NCBI GenBank assembly: GCA_000165425.1
Contig: CT868653.1
Coordinates: 62,001-126,000 of the forward strand
Direction: 5' to 3'
DNA length: 64,000 nt
DNA from: Paramecium tetraurelia
Taxonomy: Eukaryota
The notes below the pieces were generated by a model, which saw nothing but the letters and a program-made list of their open reading frames with translations, did no database searches and had not been told where the DNA came from. Both the position numbers and the translations under genes were made by a program. Shown here one piece after another: positions 25,401-39,500 of the stretch; position 1 is the first letter of the stretch, and each line of letters begins with the position of its first letter.

Positions 25401-27878
25401 TGATATCTTAAGCGGTTGAAACCCATATACAATATTACCCAGATGTATTTATGCTTGAACATAAGCTCTTACCGCATTATTTGCATAATAACGAACTCAG
25501 TAATGGATCATTGGGGGCAGTTATTTATAAACACTTTAAGGATGTAGTGTTGAAATAGCAATTCATTGATTTGTTTGAAAACTTAAGGCAAGCATGCAAA
25601 TTGATATCTAAAGTGCTTCCACAATCAGCCCAATCAGTAGCACTCGTATAGAGTGAACATTGTTTAGTAGTACCATTGTAAGTGCAGTAATTCGAATCGC
25701 CTACCCATTTGGACTGACTGATTTCATAAGCTAGGCAAAACAATTTGTTAACATTTTTGTATTGTGAACATTCATTAGAGACTGGAAATGTTTATAATTA
25801 ACAGATGGAGTCAATTGAGTTCCAAATACAATATTATCCCTGTAATGAGATGGACAGACAAGTTGATTTGGATGGAAAATTTGTGTCGCATTTGATGTTG
25901 GTGAAATCAGTAGCAGTTGTACATTATTAATTGGTTGTATCAAAGTAACATGACTATTTTAAGTAGGCACATGCATATGGATTTAAACCAGAAGCAGTAC
26001 ATGAAGCGCTGGGGTCGACAGAGGCAGAACAGCTTTGAACATTTGGATCATATCTGCATTTTTCAACTACTTATTGAACCATTGCACAGGTTTTGGAGGT
26101 AACACTTTATAGTGAAGAACATGTAACAGCACCACCTAGACTTTCAACAGTGGCACATTGATTGGACAACCATCGACAACTTAATGATGAGTTGGTGACA
26201 CTGGAACAACCCTTTTGGTTCATTCCACTGGTGTCACAACGGATGCTGTTAGTCATAACAAAAGTCTCACAATTGTTGGAATCTGAATTATATTTACATA
26301 ATTGTGCTTAGAGATTGACGATATGATTAACCATCCTACAAGCAACAGCATTCACTAATTTTAGAGTAGAACACTCATCAGTTCTCTGGATTTTAATCGA
26401 CATGCACATTCCAGAGAATTCATTCCATTTACAGGATGACATTGTGCTATTCAAACAACCCAATCTATTGAGTCCCTCTTATTCACAAGCCAAGGAACCA
26501 TCAGTTGTTTTGCATTTGCCATTACTCCAGTAACAGGCTTCAGTGGTCACCTTACGACAAGCATTGGGATTATGAGATGTAAGATCTGCACACATGGTTT
26601 CAGGAGTCACTTAAAAGATTTTACATTATGATCCATTGTAATTGCAAACTTAACTCGGATTTTTTAAATTCAAACAACTTATCTTATTTAAACCACTCGT
26701 ACATTTCAGTTGATCTAGTGACTTGATTTTTAAACATTATCCATCAATAAATTAACAATTTTAAATAGCTTCATTGCATGACAGTTTGTTCTATCCCAAT
26801 TTTCCACATTCTTAATTATCATCAAATAGACACCCATTATCATCACTCCAGTAACAGCCAGAAGAACTCTATCGACAACTAGTCTCCGTTCTCATATTGC
26901 TTTGTGATTTGCACATTGAATTACACTTCTTAGTTTATGAATCGAAAAAGCAGGAAATACTAGATACATTTGCACAAACACTTGGAGATACTTACATATC
27001 AAAAGAGCAATCATCGTTGGCTTTCACTGATTTGTATTAGCATTATCCTGCAGACCAATAGCAGGTCTCTGTGAAATTAGTTACTGAGAGACATGCCAAT
27101 TAATTCAGAGCATCCGAGCATTTAAGTTATCCAGTAGAATTAACTTATTAACATTTCCCATCCACGAAGATGCAACTCTCAGTTTATATTTTTATACATC
27201 CTAACTTATTTAAACCTGCCGAAGAACACCCCAGATACTAGTAGACTACTTCAGGAGGCTTTACGCAACCGGGAATCAGCATCAATTCTTTATATGTGTT
27301 CGCCTGATTACTCAAGATGTATGTCTTATAAAGGGTGGTTAAAACTAGATGGGCTCCGGATTGATGAACAACTTAACTCGTTATTCTTATTCATTACCTG
27401 CTGATGCCGTTATCAAGCGACAAATCTTCACACTCACCAACTGAATTGAATCCGATGCACTCCAAGCTATACTGTTGGCTTCCGATTCAGAAATGGTTTA
27501 ACAACTATCATTCCAAAAACAATAGTCGTCTTGTACTGCCAAACAAGCTGCCCTGGAGAGATTCTTCGAACAATTGCTTAATAAGGTGGTCACCTTACGA
27601 CAGTATCCGCTAAAAATGCCTATGGTTTTCATCAATTTTCAATTACATTCTGCCATTGTTCCATCTGGATAATAGGTTTAGGCAATGCAAGTTTGGGAGC
27701 TGAGTAAATTGGAGCATCCAAAATTGACTCCGTCTGTATACAAACACTGACTTGTTATTTCATTCCATCTGCATTTAGAATTGCCATTTTGGATACAATC
27801 TATTTCCGACTAGTAATAATCGCAAGACAAACTAGCCCTAGACATTAAAACCAATAAGAGTATTATAACATATTTCAT
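19465..27878 (-). CDS. Giant cysteine-rich surface protein (~2,795 aa) with signal peptide and GPI-like hydrophobic tail; surface-antigen-like
   Basis: MKYVIILLLVLMSRASLSC signal peptide and periodic Cys motifs (GLNxxGCL..C.W...C). Ends ..SLITVASIIAFFYN-TGA. One 26-nt intron near 27372-27397 makes the total length a multiple of 3. Confidence 0.85.
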
Positions 27879-27913
27879 TTTATTATTAAGTAAAACAATT
27901 AATCGAATAGAAA

Positions 27914-28615
27914 TCAATTATTAAATATATTTTGCATAAGATTCCATCTTACGACTACCTATTCCCAATACGGAATTTACTTCTCTGCCATTATCTTGTT
28001 CAATTGAGTTAGAAATTGCTTATCCGATATTGTGTTCCTCTTGTCCTGCTTACTCTGCTCCTCTTATGGCAAATCCAAATCTATATACATGTCTCTGAAT
28101 GTGCCATTGGTCTGTACATCATTATTCACGATCACAATTTGCGGTTATTCGTCATCTGATAGATCGTTTATTTGTTCCTAGAATAAACATCTGATCTCAA
28201 AAAATAGACATTCAAATTTAGATTATTTTTATAAATCTCTCAAATTTTTTTCCAAATCGTCCTGCTACAATGCACATTGAATCATGTTCAATAATAAGTT
28301 GAGATTCTTCACACTTGTGTAATAGGAATTGTTTCTGGATGCCAATTGTATTACCGACACCACATTCTCCACCTTCAATTTCTATATTATTGCTTCGTTC
28401 TTGCTTTATCCCAAATGATCATTGACTATTAATAGGCATTCCACAAATATCTCCAATAAATCCTACTCTATTGTCTCCTGAGGTTTTCCCATTCTCTATG
28501 CCACCAGACTCACGTTCCCCCTATTTTCGAGGATTGTGTGCCACAGTTCTCGCTTTTCATATAGGGTCAACTACGGCCTGAAGAGTTCTTCTCTCTCTCT
28601 CTTACACATGTACAT
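27914..28615 (-). CDS. Hypothetical 233-aa protein with possible N-terminal Myb/HTH-like motif
   Basis: Intronless code-6 ORF. LTLYEKRELWHTILENRGNVSLVAQRMGKPQETIEQ resembles a SANT/HTH three-helix unit. Confidence 0.6.
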
Positions 28616-28708
28616 AAATATTTTAATTGCAAAATAACATCATGATTCCTAGAAATGGTTTAATAAAAAATCATTTTTATTTTTAATCGTTATAAATTTG
28701 AAATTTCT

Positions 28709-29338
28709 ATGGCTTCATCAGTCCTTCGTTCTCAAATTCCCTTAGGAGGAATATGCGATGTAGAGTCTGCAAAACATGTTGCAAGGCGTCTCTTTGAATC
28801 TTACGACAGAGACAGAAACGGAATCTTGGATCAAGGAGAAGTGGCACCCATGATGGTTGATGCCTACAAAGGAATGTCCAAAGGATTCAACCCAAGCAAA
28901 TCGGACATTGACACCTATCTGAGAATCCTCGATAGAAATGGAGATGGCAAAATCACAATCCAAGACATCGAAGCCTTAGCCATCAAATACCTAGTTGGCA
29001 TCACTGGAGAGTCTCCAAAAAGACCCAAAAGACAATACTCCAAATTCGTTGAAGAGCGTCTTGATGTTGCAAGGAGACTCTTTCGTAAATTTGATTAAGA
29101 TGGTTCCGGATTCATCACTGAAAATGAAGTAAATTGATTATTCCTAACATCCCTTAGGTTCCTTAATTATTAATTGAAACCTATAAGTCTATGGGCATCC
29201 ACTACAATCCCACTCTAAGAAGATGTCAAATCATGGATGAGAATGACTGACCTTAATGATGATGGCTAAGTTTCACTTGAAGAATACGAAGACTTAGTTA
29301 TTAGATCACTTCAACATGCAGGAATCCAACTTGAATGA
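28709..29338 (+). CDS. Four-EF-hand Ca2+-binding protein (ciliate 23/25-kDa CBP-like) with an apparent +1 frameshift near 29215
   Basis: EF loops DRDRNGILDQGE, DRNGDGKITIQD and DQDGSGFITENE, plus DLNDDGQVSLEE in a shifted frame. Intron at 29129-29157. Confidence 0.85.
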
Positions 29339-29389
29339 TATATATATATATAAATACAATTATATAAATAAATTCAAAATTCCCCTTCT

Positions 29390-30470
29390 CAAAATACTTT
29401 GATATCATTTGCTTTGTCTCATCCCCATCATACACTTTAAATTGCTAGAAGAATCTCTTCATCTTTGTACTAGTTTTCTCAAATTTGTGATATTAAATCA
29501 TCGATTTGTGCATATTCTCTGATAGGAGATGGCTACCCAATTTGGGATTTCTCAATATTTTCATTTTGAGTCTTCAATTAGAACTCTTTTAATCTTACTC
29601 CAAAAATTAAACACTTGATTTTTAATATTGTTTCTCTACATTAAGAAACAAATTCATTATTATTGCTATGATTACATAGCGTAATATAATCCATTGATTT
29701 TGTAGATATTAATGCACTCTTGTAATTTTTAAATTGAGAATTCAAAAGAATACTGCCTTGTCTTCTACTCCGGGTGCCTAATCTTTTTTAAATGTTCTTT
29801 TGCTTGTTGAATATTGGGGTTTATGGGTTCTTCTTGATTAAAGGATTCAAAGGAAGCCTGCCGACCTTTCCTAATCCTTCTGATCTCATTTTCTTAAATT
29901 CAACCAAAGAATTCTCTTATTCAAAGTATATATAATTATCTTCAGGATTATGAAACGGCATTGGTTTCCAAACTGTTTTTTCTGTAAACTTACCTCTAGC
30001 TTATTTGAAATCACTTCACCTAACCATTTCTCTCTTTAAGTCAGTTTCCAATTTGGTCTATAAACCATTGTCAGATTTCGTGATGTGTGATCAATTTAAT
30101 TTGAGTTTTTCCCTGTTCTTGCAATCTTTTATTCTCAGTCCTGGGGTTCTTACCAATCGTTAGAGGTATTTTTTCTTTAGCCAATATCTTATACCTCATA
30201 TTCAAAGGTAGTTTCACATTTGGACCTGCCTTTAATTGTCCACTCAGAAACTCATCTTAACCTGCTTATGCTTTCTCTCTTTCTGATTTATAATGAAATG
30301 GAGTTCTCTGATGGGTCCTGTCTACAAATTATGTAGATCGGGATTTAGCAAAGGTACGCTTTCACTTTTTATACCTGTTATTTAATTTTCAGTATTATAC
30401 TCTTTAAAAAGCTTGAGTTATGATTCGAATTGATTCTCTTAGAGGTTTAAGCAGTAAATTAAACACATTG
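29390..30470 (-). pseudogene. Probable decayed gene
   Basis: Long coding-like minus-strand segments (e.g. KRTFAKSRSTQFVDRTHQRTPF, YRPNWKLTQREKWLGE) interrupted by TGAs and frame changes that I could not explain by short introns. Confidence 0.35.
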
Positions 30471-31156
30471 TTTTAAATGCTTTTATTAAGTTTCAGAATA
30501 ATATAATTATTCACACAAATTTTGATCATTAGTACAATTAAGTAATAAAAGGATATAACATGTGATAACTCCATAAAAATATTTCCAATAAATATCTTTC
30601 ATTTTTTCTATGAATATAAGTACAATTATCCTTACCAACATTATTAAAAGTTTAATGATCCAAATATTTAAAGAAAAACTAATCGAAAGTAAAATTTGAA
30701 TTAATATTTACTTTAGTTCATTAAATGCTAAAAATAAAGTTGATTAAATTTATTAAAAATAAATTTTATTAAAACTCTTCTTCCATATCTTAATAATATC
30801 ATTCAAGAATTCAAAATCTAGAATGAAATTGAAAACTTGTTGGAAGACTGTAAAATATTATACTAAACTTGCACCTAACAGAATTTGATATAAAATTAAT
30901 GTGAATAATTAAACATCGTTCGAGACAATAAGATTTTTTTTCCTATAAATTACACATATTGAATCCATTAAGGAGAAAGCATTAAAATTAAGATAATTTA
31001 TGTTATAAGAATAGAGTAAGTAAGCATTGCAAAGTTTATTATACATGAAAGGACTAATTTAATTTGTTAATCTAAAAATAAACTAGGACTGTAGCCTAGC
31101 AATAATACACATTTAAATATTAATGAGAATATATATAAATATTAATATCTTAATTA

Positions 31157-34100
31157 ATGAACAACTCGGGTTAATTACCATAGAGTCCTTAAGAATAATT
31201 AGAGGAGCGGATAAAGGCATTATCACTAAAGTATAAAGAGCGGATCGATGAAACCTAGATTTTCAAAATGTTCATAAGTGATCAGGATGATTAATTTGCA
31301 ATATGGAAAAATGCAGAAAGTCAAGTAAAATCAGTTTGTGGAGCTGATGTAAAAAGTGGAGAACTGACATTCTAATGTTTCACTTGTGCCCCTGATCCTC
31401 ATCATATGTACTGCTAGAAGTGCTTTGATCCCGATGTACATCTGAGTATGTTTTTTAAATTGAATAGATCATAAATGCATCATTAAGCATATGATTGGCG
31501 GTGCTTGTGATTGTGGTGATGAATAAACAATCGTACCATCCGGGTTTTGCTCAAAACATCAAGGAGTCTCAAAGTTTGATAAAGACTAGGAGTTAAAAAA
31601 AATTTCAGATCAACTTAAAAAGAATATAGAAATCTTCATAAAAGCTGTGTGTAAAATATACTTACAACTTATGAGAAGAATAAAGTCAGATCATGACATG
31701 TATAATCCCGCAATCCTAAAGCTTTATCACCTAAGCGAAAAGTGGTTGATTGTTCCTATCAAATAGGTTATAGATTCTGAATATGATTTGGAGGAATATT
31801 ATAGAATATTTTAGTAGGCATTATATTTGAACTCAATACTTTTTATAATGTGTGATTGGTTCACAGAATCAAGACTATGTTTCATAATTTTGGTTTCTTA
31901 AATATTTTAGTCCCAATTAACACCAGAATCCAATCAAACACTATTTGAAGATTTAATGGAAGTTCAAGTATTACTTGAAGTTTTGGGACCATAGCCAGCC
32001 TAAAAAATAGAAAGTTTATTATTTAGGCTTTACGCAGACTATCAATTTAAATAGTTCTTATAGGTTTGTTACTTAAAGAAATATTCGTCGATGTGGTTAT
32101 AGACTAAGTCTAAAGTGACTCAGTACGACAAATAGATGCAGGATTCTATAATCCAATTGTCAACTATAAATAATTAGCACATAGTTACGGCTCAACGCGA
32201 AGTCTTAGTGAAAATGGCTTAGAAAGTGAAACTCTATATTGAAAGTTATAAAAAATCAACTGAAATTACAACAGGTTTGCATGTCTCTGAAATTCATGAA
32301 TAGCATACTTAATATGTGGCAGAAAAATTGCAAGAGATATTCCTAAATCATAAATATCTCTAAAATCTCAATGATTAAATTAGAGAGGTTTTGAATTTAA
32401 TCTACTCCCACCAACCAATTGCAACAACATCTCATCTATCTTTTTCAATAATTTTCAAATTAAGGTACGACTATAGTTTTTTCTACAAACTTGGCTTTTA
32501 GCAACTGCAGCATGTCCTTGGGGATTAATATTAACAATTTTTTACTAGTAACACCAGCAAGGAAACTATTAGAAATTTTAAGTATGATTAATTCACAATT
32601 ACCTCTTATTTAAACATTTATAATTCAATTAAGGCTCAACATTTAGACATACAAAACGATCATTTAACCATTTTCATATAAGATACGTATGATGGGTTTT
32701 ATTTTCTAATTTGTTAAGGTTAGGCTGTTTAAGTGGTTTAAACAGGAATTTAAAAGCTATTTGCTTCTTAATTTAGTACACCAGAATTTTAAGAGAACCT
32801 TACCAAAGTATTGTTAGTATAATCCTATTAAATTTTGAAAAAGAAAAGTAAAGGTATATCGGTAGATGATTAATTGAATGAGGCATATAAAAAATACATT
32901 GAAAATCAAGATTTGGGCGACGCTGAATTATTTGACAGATTAGCAAAAATTTATTTTTTGTTGATAAAAAGCATAACCGTAGTTGAAAGAGTATTTACTT
33001 TTCTCCTGTCGCAACTATATTGTTTGAAGAATTTTTCATCTGGAAAGGAATTCGAATCCTACCTACTTGATGTTTTAGAGGAAGACAAAAATGAATTAAA
33101 AAAGATCTTTTATGAAGTCTTATCAAAATGCTTATAGATGTACGTTACAGTCTAGTTTTGTGACAATCAGTATTTACAGTAAATTTATTTGGGTTTGAAT
33201 GATTAATAAGAAATTGGGGCTTCTGAATCTTATGATAGTTCATTTTTGAGAATTTATTTGTTCTTATTTGAAAATGAAGGCTTTTAGGATTTAATTCAAA
33301 TTATGAATAATCGAAGAGTGCCAAAATAGTTAGGTAGTGAAAGGATTCTTTGGTATATTTATATATTTTATATAATAGTTCCTTGCTATTAAGAATTTTT
33401 AGTTCTGATCTTGATATGTATAATATTTGTAGCTCAACACTGAAAGAACTACCAAAAGACTTGAAATTATCTTTAGCAAAGGCAATCTAAAATTTTTACA
33501 ATCTTTCAACATATCTCTCTTTTACTGACATTGAGGCTAAGTTAAAACGCATGGGCATTCAAATTTGTTCTAATCTCCCAGATCATGTTCTTTAGATTTG
33601 TGAAGTTGACCATGCATTAAAACAATTGAAATTAAAACCAGATTACAGAGTAATTTATGAACCAGCCATTTTTTACATTAATACTTCTATTAATAGTCAG
33701 ATTGTCGAAAAATTAGTAGAATAAAATAAATCAGAGACTGAGATACATTTGGGTAATGGAATATCTTGGGATGTTGAACTATTTTCAAAAAACAATTATA
33801 GAACCATCCTTTACAATATTTTGAAACATTACTGCTAGAGAGAATACATTTACTAAAATATTGAGTTACTAAAAACAAAAGGATTTGCTCTAATATAAGC
33901 TTATTAGTTGCTTTATATTTAAATAGTAGCAGCCAATTATTTTGTGTAATAAGAATTTAAATCTTATGCTCCTTTCATAATTAATGAACTTGAATAAATT
34001 CTTAAGGTAACTTAACGAAAAGATGACATTCAAAGAATTTAAGTACTGAGAGCAGAAATCGTCAAACTTATCACAGTAGTTTAACCAGTTGTTTAGAAAT

Positions 34101-35569
34101 AACCCCAAGATAACAAAGTTAATTTATAAAATAAGAAGAATCAATTCAAGCAGAAGTATAACAAATTGCAAAACTCAGAATTTATACAAAATATGCTGGA
34201 AAGTAACAATGTTAAGGAAAACAAGGATGAAAATGATTAAAAAGTGTGTTCATCCTGTAAATTACCTTTGAGTTAAGAGGCTAGTGTAGCCTTAATGTTA
34301 TTGATCAAAAAACCTTAAACTTCCAATTTTTCTATCATATCTAAGGAGGGATTAGAATGTTTCAAAAACGAAAAATATAATTTGATTGATTTAGGAATAG
34401 CAACATGTCAACATTATTTCCATTATACTTGTTTAATAGAGAGGTTTGAATAGGATTAACAATATCGAAGATAAAATGCTCCAGATTGGGTTAAGATTGG
34501 ATGTCCAGTCTGTAAATTGCCTTGCACAATTACTTTACCAATACAAAAGTAATTTACCTCAATGGATGTGGAATCCTTTAATTAGAATCTACAGTTGTTT
34601 GTAGCTAAAAATGGAGTTGAGAATTTATTTGAAAATCAAATTGTTGCATTAGAGACTCTATCAGAATCCTATCTCAACATTTTCTTTGATTTGTTAATTT
34701 CCTTAATCCACAATCCATCATAGTATATAAGGGATTAAAAAGACATTGTATTCAATCATTTACTCTAAATCTTGAATGTTACAAATATGGAACCAGCCAA
34801 AAATCAAATTACTGAGAAATTCCAATTTTAGACAGAAAACAATTTTATTTTAAAAATACTTTCTTTAATTCAACAATATGTGATTGTTGAAAAAGACTTG
34901 TAAAGGTTCAAATTAGAAGTCATTACTAGTTGCAGACAATACAACATATCTAACGAAATTACAAATTAGATAGTTTTGTCATTAGATATAAAAGATGAAC
35001 TAGCGTAATAAAGCTCGCAAATCCAAAAACAAATAGAGAATTAGGAACATCCTAATCAATATGCTATAATAAATTAAGAATAATTGGAAGACCAATTAAA
35101 AAGCATACTTGGATTAACATTTGAAGAGTTTTATAATAAATACTTTACTAAAAAATGTTTTGTCTGTGGATTCTACAATAAAAATCAATAACATGGAGGA
35201 TTTTCTGTGTGTTTATTCTGCTCAAAAACATTCTGTATATATAAATGTCAAAAGGACAAGACTATGGGCAATTTAAATCAACATGCAAATAAGGAGCATA
35301 ATGGAATATCTATTTATGTTAATTTGAGAAATGGGTATGTGACTTTGTTATGTTCTCCAATATCCATTCAGTATTATAAATGTTTATTTTACAATCAATT
35401 AGGGTAAACTATAGAAATCGAGAATCCGAATTCAGATTGGAAGTCATTCCATTTAGATATCTAAAAGGTTAAAGAAATTTCACAAATAATCATGAGCAGT
35501 TCTTATTAAGCAATCATTAGGAATATAGAAGTCAGGTAGCACCAATTGGATATGGAAGGATGGCTTTGA
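31157..35569 (+). CDS. UBR-box E3 ubiquitin ligase (UBR1/PRT6-like N-recognin) with RING finger
   Basis: UBR box VCG..FQCFTC..MYCQKCF..H..H..GGACDCGD..GFCSKH. RING CSSC..TCQHYFHYTC..CPVC. C-terminal CFVC..CLFC..GNLNQH..H..LFYNQLG. Confidence 0.88.
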
Positions 35570-35616
35570 ATTAGTATGCAATGATTCTTGAGTATCAATA
35601 AATTTGGTTAATAATT

Positions 35617-38426
35617 ATGAATATTTCTAATTTTTTCCAGGAATGCGTCAATACTGTCATGGATACACGACCAATTCAGTATCAACCTTCGATGCAAATA
35701 AGTGAAGGAGAGATTTTAGTAAAAGGAAAAACGTTTGGTAGATGGGAAACTAAGAAGTTTATTATTGATGATGAGAAGAGGGTTTTCGCACTCAGGAGTT
35801 CTAATGGAAAAACAAGACTAAAACCCTATTTTCTCTAGGAGTATTAAGTATGGAGTTAATTATTCAAAATCATAGATTGAGAATAAAGAGAAGAAAAAAG
35901 ATAAAATAACATTTGATTTAACTTCGAAAACTGGAGGAAAATGCTTAACTCTTGGGATCGAAAATGAACAAAAGGCAAACGAGTTCATTAATACTCTTCA
36001 GGATTTATGCAATAGAGTAGAAGTGAAGCAGAATGTGAATGAAACTATATAGCAGAATATTTAAGATCAAAGCTAAATCAATTAACATTGTACCATTATT
36101 ATAAATTATAGGGAGAAATCAAGGTGGATGAAATTGATTATGAAATTCCGAGCTTCTTTGATATCGGAGAAATAAGGGATAGGTAAAAAAGTGTTTTAAA
36201 TTAGTATCGCTCATATAAGGAAGGGATAACACAATTTGGAGAATTTTAAATTAGTTTTTGAGAATAAATTATTAATATATAGAAATGAACACAACCATCA
36301 TTAATTTAAAGTTTTCATGGAATTTGACGGCGATTGTAATTTTTATATATTTATCACAATTACATAGGCCGAGATTCAATTATTCAGAATTTAACAGATT
36401 ATAATAAAATTAATTAGTGGAATGCACTTATTAATGCACAAGATAGTAGGATGATAAAAGAGTTGCATGCAGATAAATCTTTTCTGATATGTGAGATTCG
36501 TGAATTGTCAAACCTATTCATCTTTAAACGAGAATTTCAATATTTGCAACATCATTTAAAAGTTGATAATATCGATTTTATTGTACAAAAATAAATTGAT
36601 CAAAAATCCTACACTAAAAATTATTAAGGAAGCCTTAAATATGGTGTATGGGCTGTTTAAACAAGGTACAATTTGCATCTCTAATTTTAGTGAAAATACA
36701 ACCAAACTCTATTACTTTTCTGAACAATCTATGTAAGGGCTCTCTTATCCCGATGAGGATGGCTATCTTATATAGCAATTTTTAAAGCAAATAATCAATA
36801 TATATTAATAAAGCAGCAGATCTTAATAGGATTTATCATAAATTAAGTAGAATGAACAAAATTTATAAGTTTATTAATAGAATCAAAATCAGGCATTAAC
36901 AAAAAAATAATCAAATAAATAAGAAGACAAGGAAGAGTTCTATGATTGCGAAGAAATAGATGCTATGAATGATAAATTGTTTATGGTTGAGGCAGATTCC
37001 AATAAAAATAATGATGTACAAGATGAAGTTGCGAGAGATGTCTATGAACAGAACATCAGAAGATTGACATCTCTTCCTTTATAAGTAGACGCATTAGATA
37101 ATATACAAGACTGGGTTGATAAAAAGATGAAATTAGTGTTATCTGGGAATTATAATTCCCATTCTATTAGTGTTAAACATTAATTGTAACCAAAAGAATA
37201 TGATCCAACACAGCGTTAATTATTAACGTAATAGGAAGGGGGACATTATATTTTTAAGAAGGATTTCATAAGGGAAGAGAAGAGTGGAGGATTAAAAGTG
37301 ATTAATGAAGAAAAGTTAGCCGCTTAAAAGGCTGTCATCAAATTCTTATTAACTAGAATTGGTGCTTCTCTTATGATGGGCAAATCAATTACTAGTATAT
37401 CGATGCCAGTATCTATCTTTGAGGCTAGATCAAATACTGAGAGAGTATGTAATAGTATGGGATTCGCACCTATTTATTTGGAAGATGCTGCTCAATCTTC
37501 AGATATTTATTATAGGATTAAATAATGTGCTGCTTTTTAATTTGGATTTATATTTATGTATCTATCTTGTGAAAAAGTATTCAATTTATCTATCTAAGCC
37601 CTTCAATCCAATATTAGGAGAGACTTTTTAAGGGTTCTATGATAATTGTCCCATCTATTGCGAATAAATTAGTCATCATCCTCCTATATGTGCGATCTAA
37701 ATGTATGGTCGAAAATACAGGTAGAAATTATTTAAATAATCCCTATTAGAATAGATGCTTAATTGGAATTGATTGCTAACTTTAATTCAAATTCAGTGGT
37801 TGGCAGAAATGTTGGTACAGTCAAAATCACATTCGAAAATCCTCATCAAGTTGTATTGATCACTTTGGCTCCAGGCAGTTTGAATGGAACAACCTATGGA
37901 GATAAAGTGATGAATTATCTTGAAAAGTAATTCATAATAGATTTAAAAAATAAAATAATCGCTGAAATTACTTTTAATCCGGATAAAAAATATTGTCAGT
38001 TTTTTGATGTTGAATACGTAAATCAATTGGATTATTTGTGTGGGGCTATTTGTGATGTGACTGATGCAGCAATATTGAAATATCACAAGGAAGGATATCG
38101 CAAATACAAAGGGTTGGATCTAAAGTCAGATATCAAATAAATTAGACATAAAATCAAAGGAATATGGGTGAATGAAATCAAAGTATGGATAATCTTATTT
38201 TACTTAATAGATAGATAATTAGAAGTTAATTTCTATTTACAATGACTTTCCTGTTAAAATGTAATTGGCTTAATATCCAATTCCATCAGATGCTAATTTC
38301 AGAATGGATTTACTGTGGTGGAAATTGAGAGACTTTGATTAATCTTAATAGTGGAAGGAGAAATTGGAAATCCTATAAAGAGAAGATAGGAAGTTGAGGG
38401 AACAGAAAATGAAAAAGAAGAAGTGA
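35617..38426 (+). CDS. Oxysterol-binding-protein-related protein with PH, START-like and FFAT-like elements
   Basis: PH (EGEILVKGKTFGRWETKKF), START-like middle region, EEFYDCEE, and ORD motifs ISMPVSIFEARS, KPFNPILGETF, EQISHHPP and PSDANFRMD. Confidence 0.88.
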
Positions 38427-38571
38427 AATATTAATTTAAAATAATGTTTTAAAACGCATTTCTATTCCATAATTTCTTAATTGATTTAATTACTAATTCA
38501 TCATATATTGGATTAGCTTTATATTTTAAGAGATTGTAAGTAAGTAAAAAATCAATTATATTTATTTTATA

Positions 38572-39382
38572 ATGGATTAAGAATCTAATTTTTATTTCAG
38601 ATTAGAATCAGATATTTAAATCTAGAGTGGTATACCAACATTCCAATAAATTGGTTAAATAAAGTATTTTTTATCTTCCATCAAGTTTTATGCAATCAGA
38701 ATTATAAATTCCCCCCTAAATATAATAGGCTAACCTTATTCAATCTCCAGAAAACTCTATGATTATGTAAGCTTCCCCGATTAATGGCCATTTATTTGGT
38801 AACAATTCTCCAATTCATTCTTAACAGGATGAAGAGGATATTTCTCTTGTGAATCAGATGTATGAATCCCAAGTATTTTCATAACCAATTTTGGACATTT
38901 CCTAAATAAGTCAAATTTAACTCTAACCTAAAACTAAATTGGATCTAACAGATCAACCAAAATACAAAAAAAAAAAAGTTGGATGTTCTTGTACTAAGAG
39001 AAAATGTTCTTCCAAATATTGCTTTTGTGCTAAAGTTGGTCAATCCTGTTCCAATCTATGTAAATGTGTCGATTGCAGTAACAACAAATCCTTCATGAGT
39101 TAACAAATACAAGTTACAAATGCTTAAGAACAAAAAGGATGTAAGTGCAAGAAAAACTTTTGCTTAAAAGGTTATTGTGATTGTTTTGCAAAAGGAATGC
39201 AATGTAGCTCTAATTGCAAATGCATTTCATGCAAAAATATGCTAACGATTGAACCTATCAAAGACAAAGTACCAATAATTAAGAAAAAAATCAAAAAGTT
39301 TAGTAAATTTTATAAGAATAAAAAAGGGTTCATTAGAACAAACAAAAAAGGACTAATATTAACTTAAGTAGAAAATTAATGA
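38572..39382 (+). CDS. CRC (tesmin/TSO1 CXC) domain protein
   Basis: Two CXC motifs: GCSCTKRKCSSKYCFCAKVGQSCSNLCKCVDCSN and GCKCKKNFCLKGYCDCFAKGMQCSSNCKCISCKN. The 5' exon structure is approximate. Confidence 0.85.
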
Positions 39383-39500
39383 TTAACATAATATTATAAT
39401 TATGTGTAGTTTTGCTTCTTTCTTTCTTATTGATATTACTTCATATTAATTTATTTACTATTTAATATTCATTTCTATTATGTAAAATGAATAATATTAA

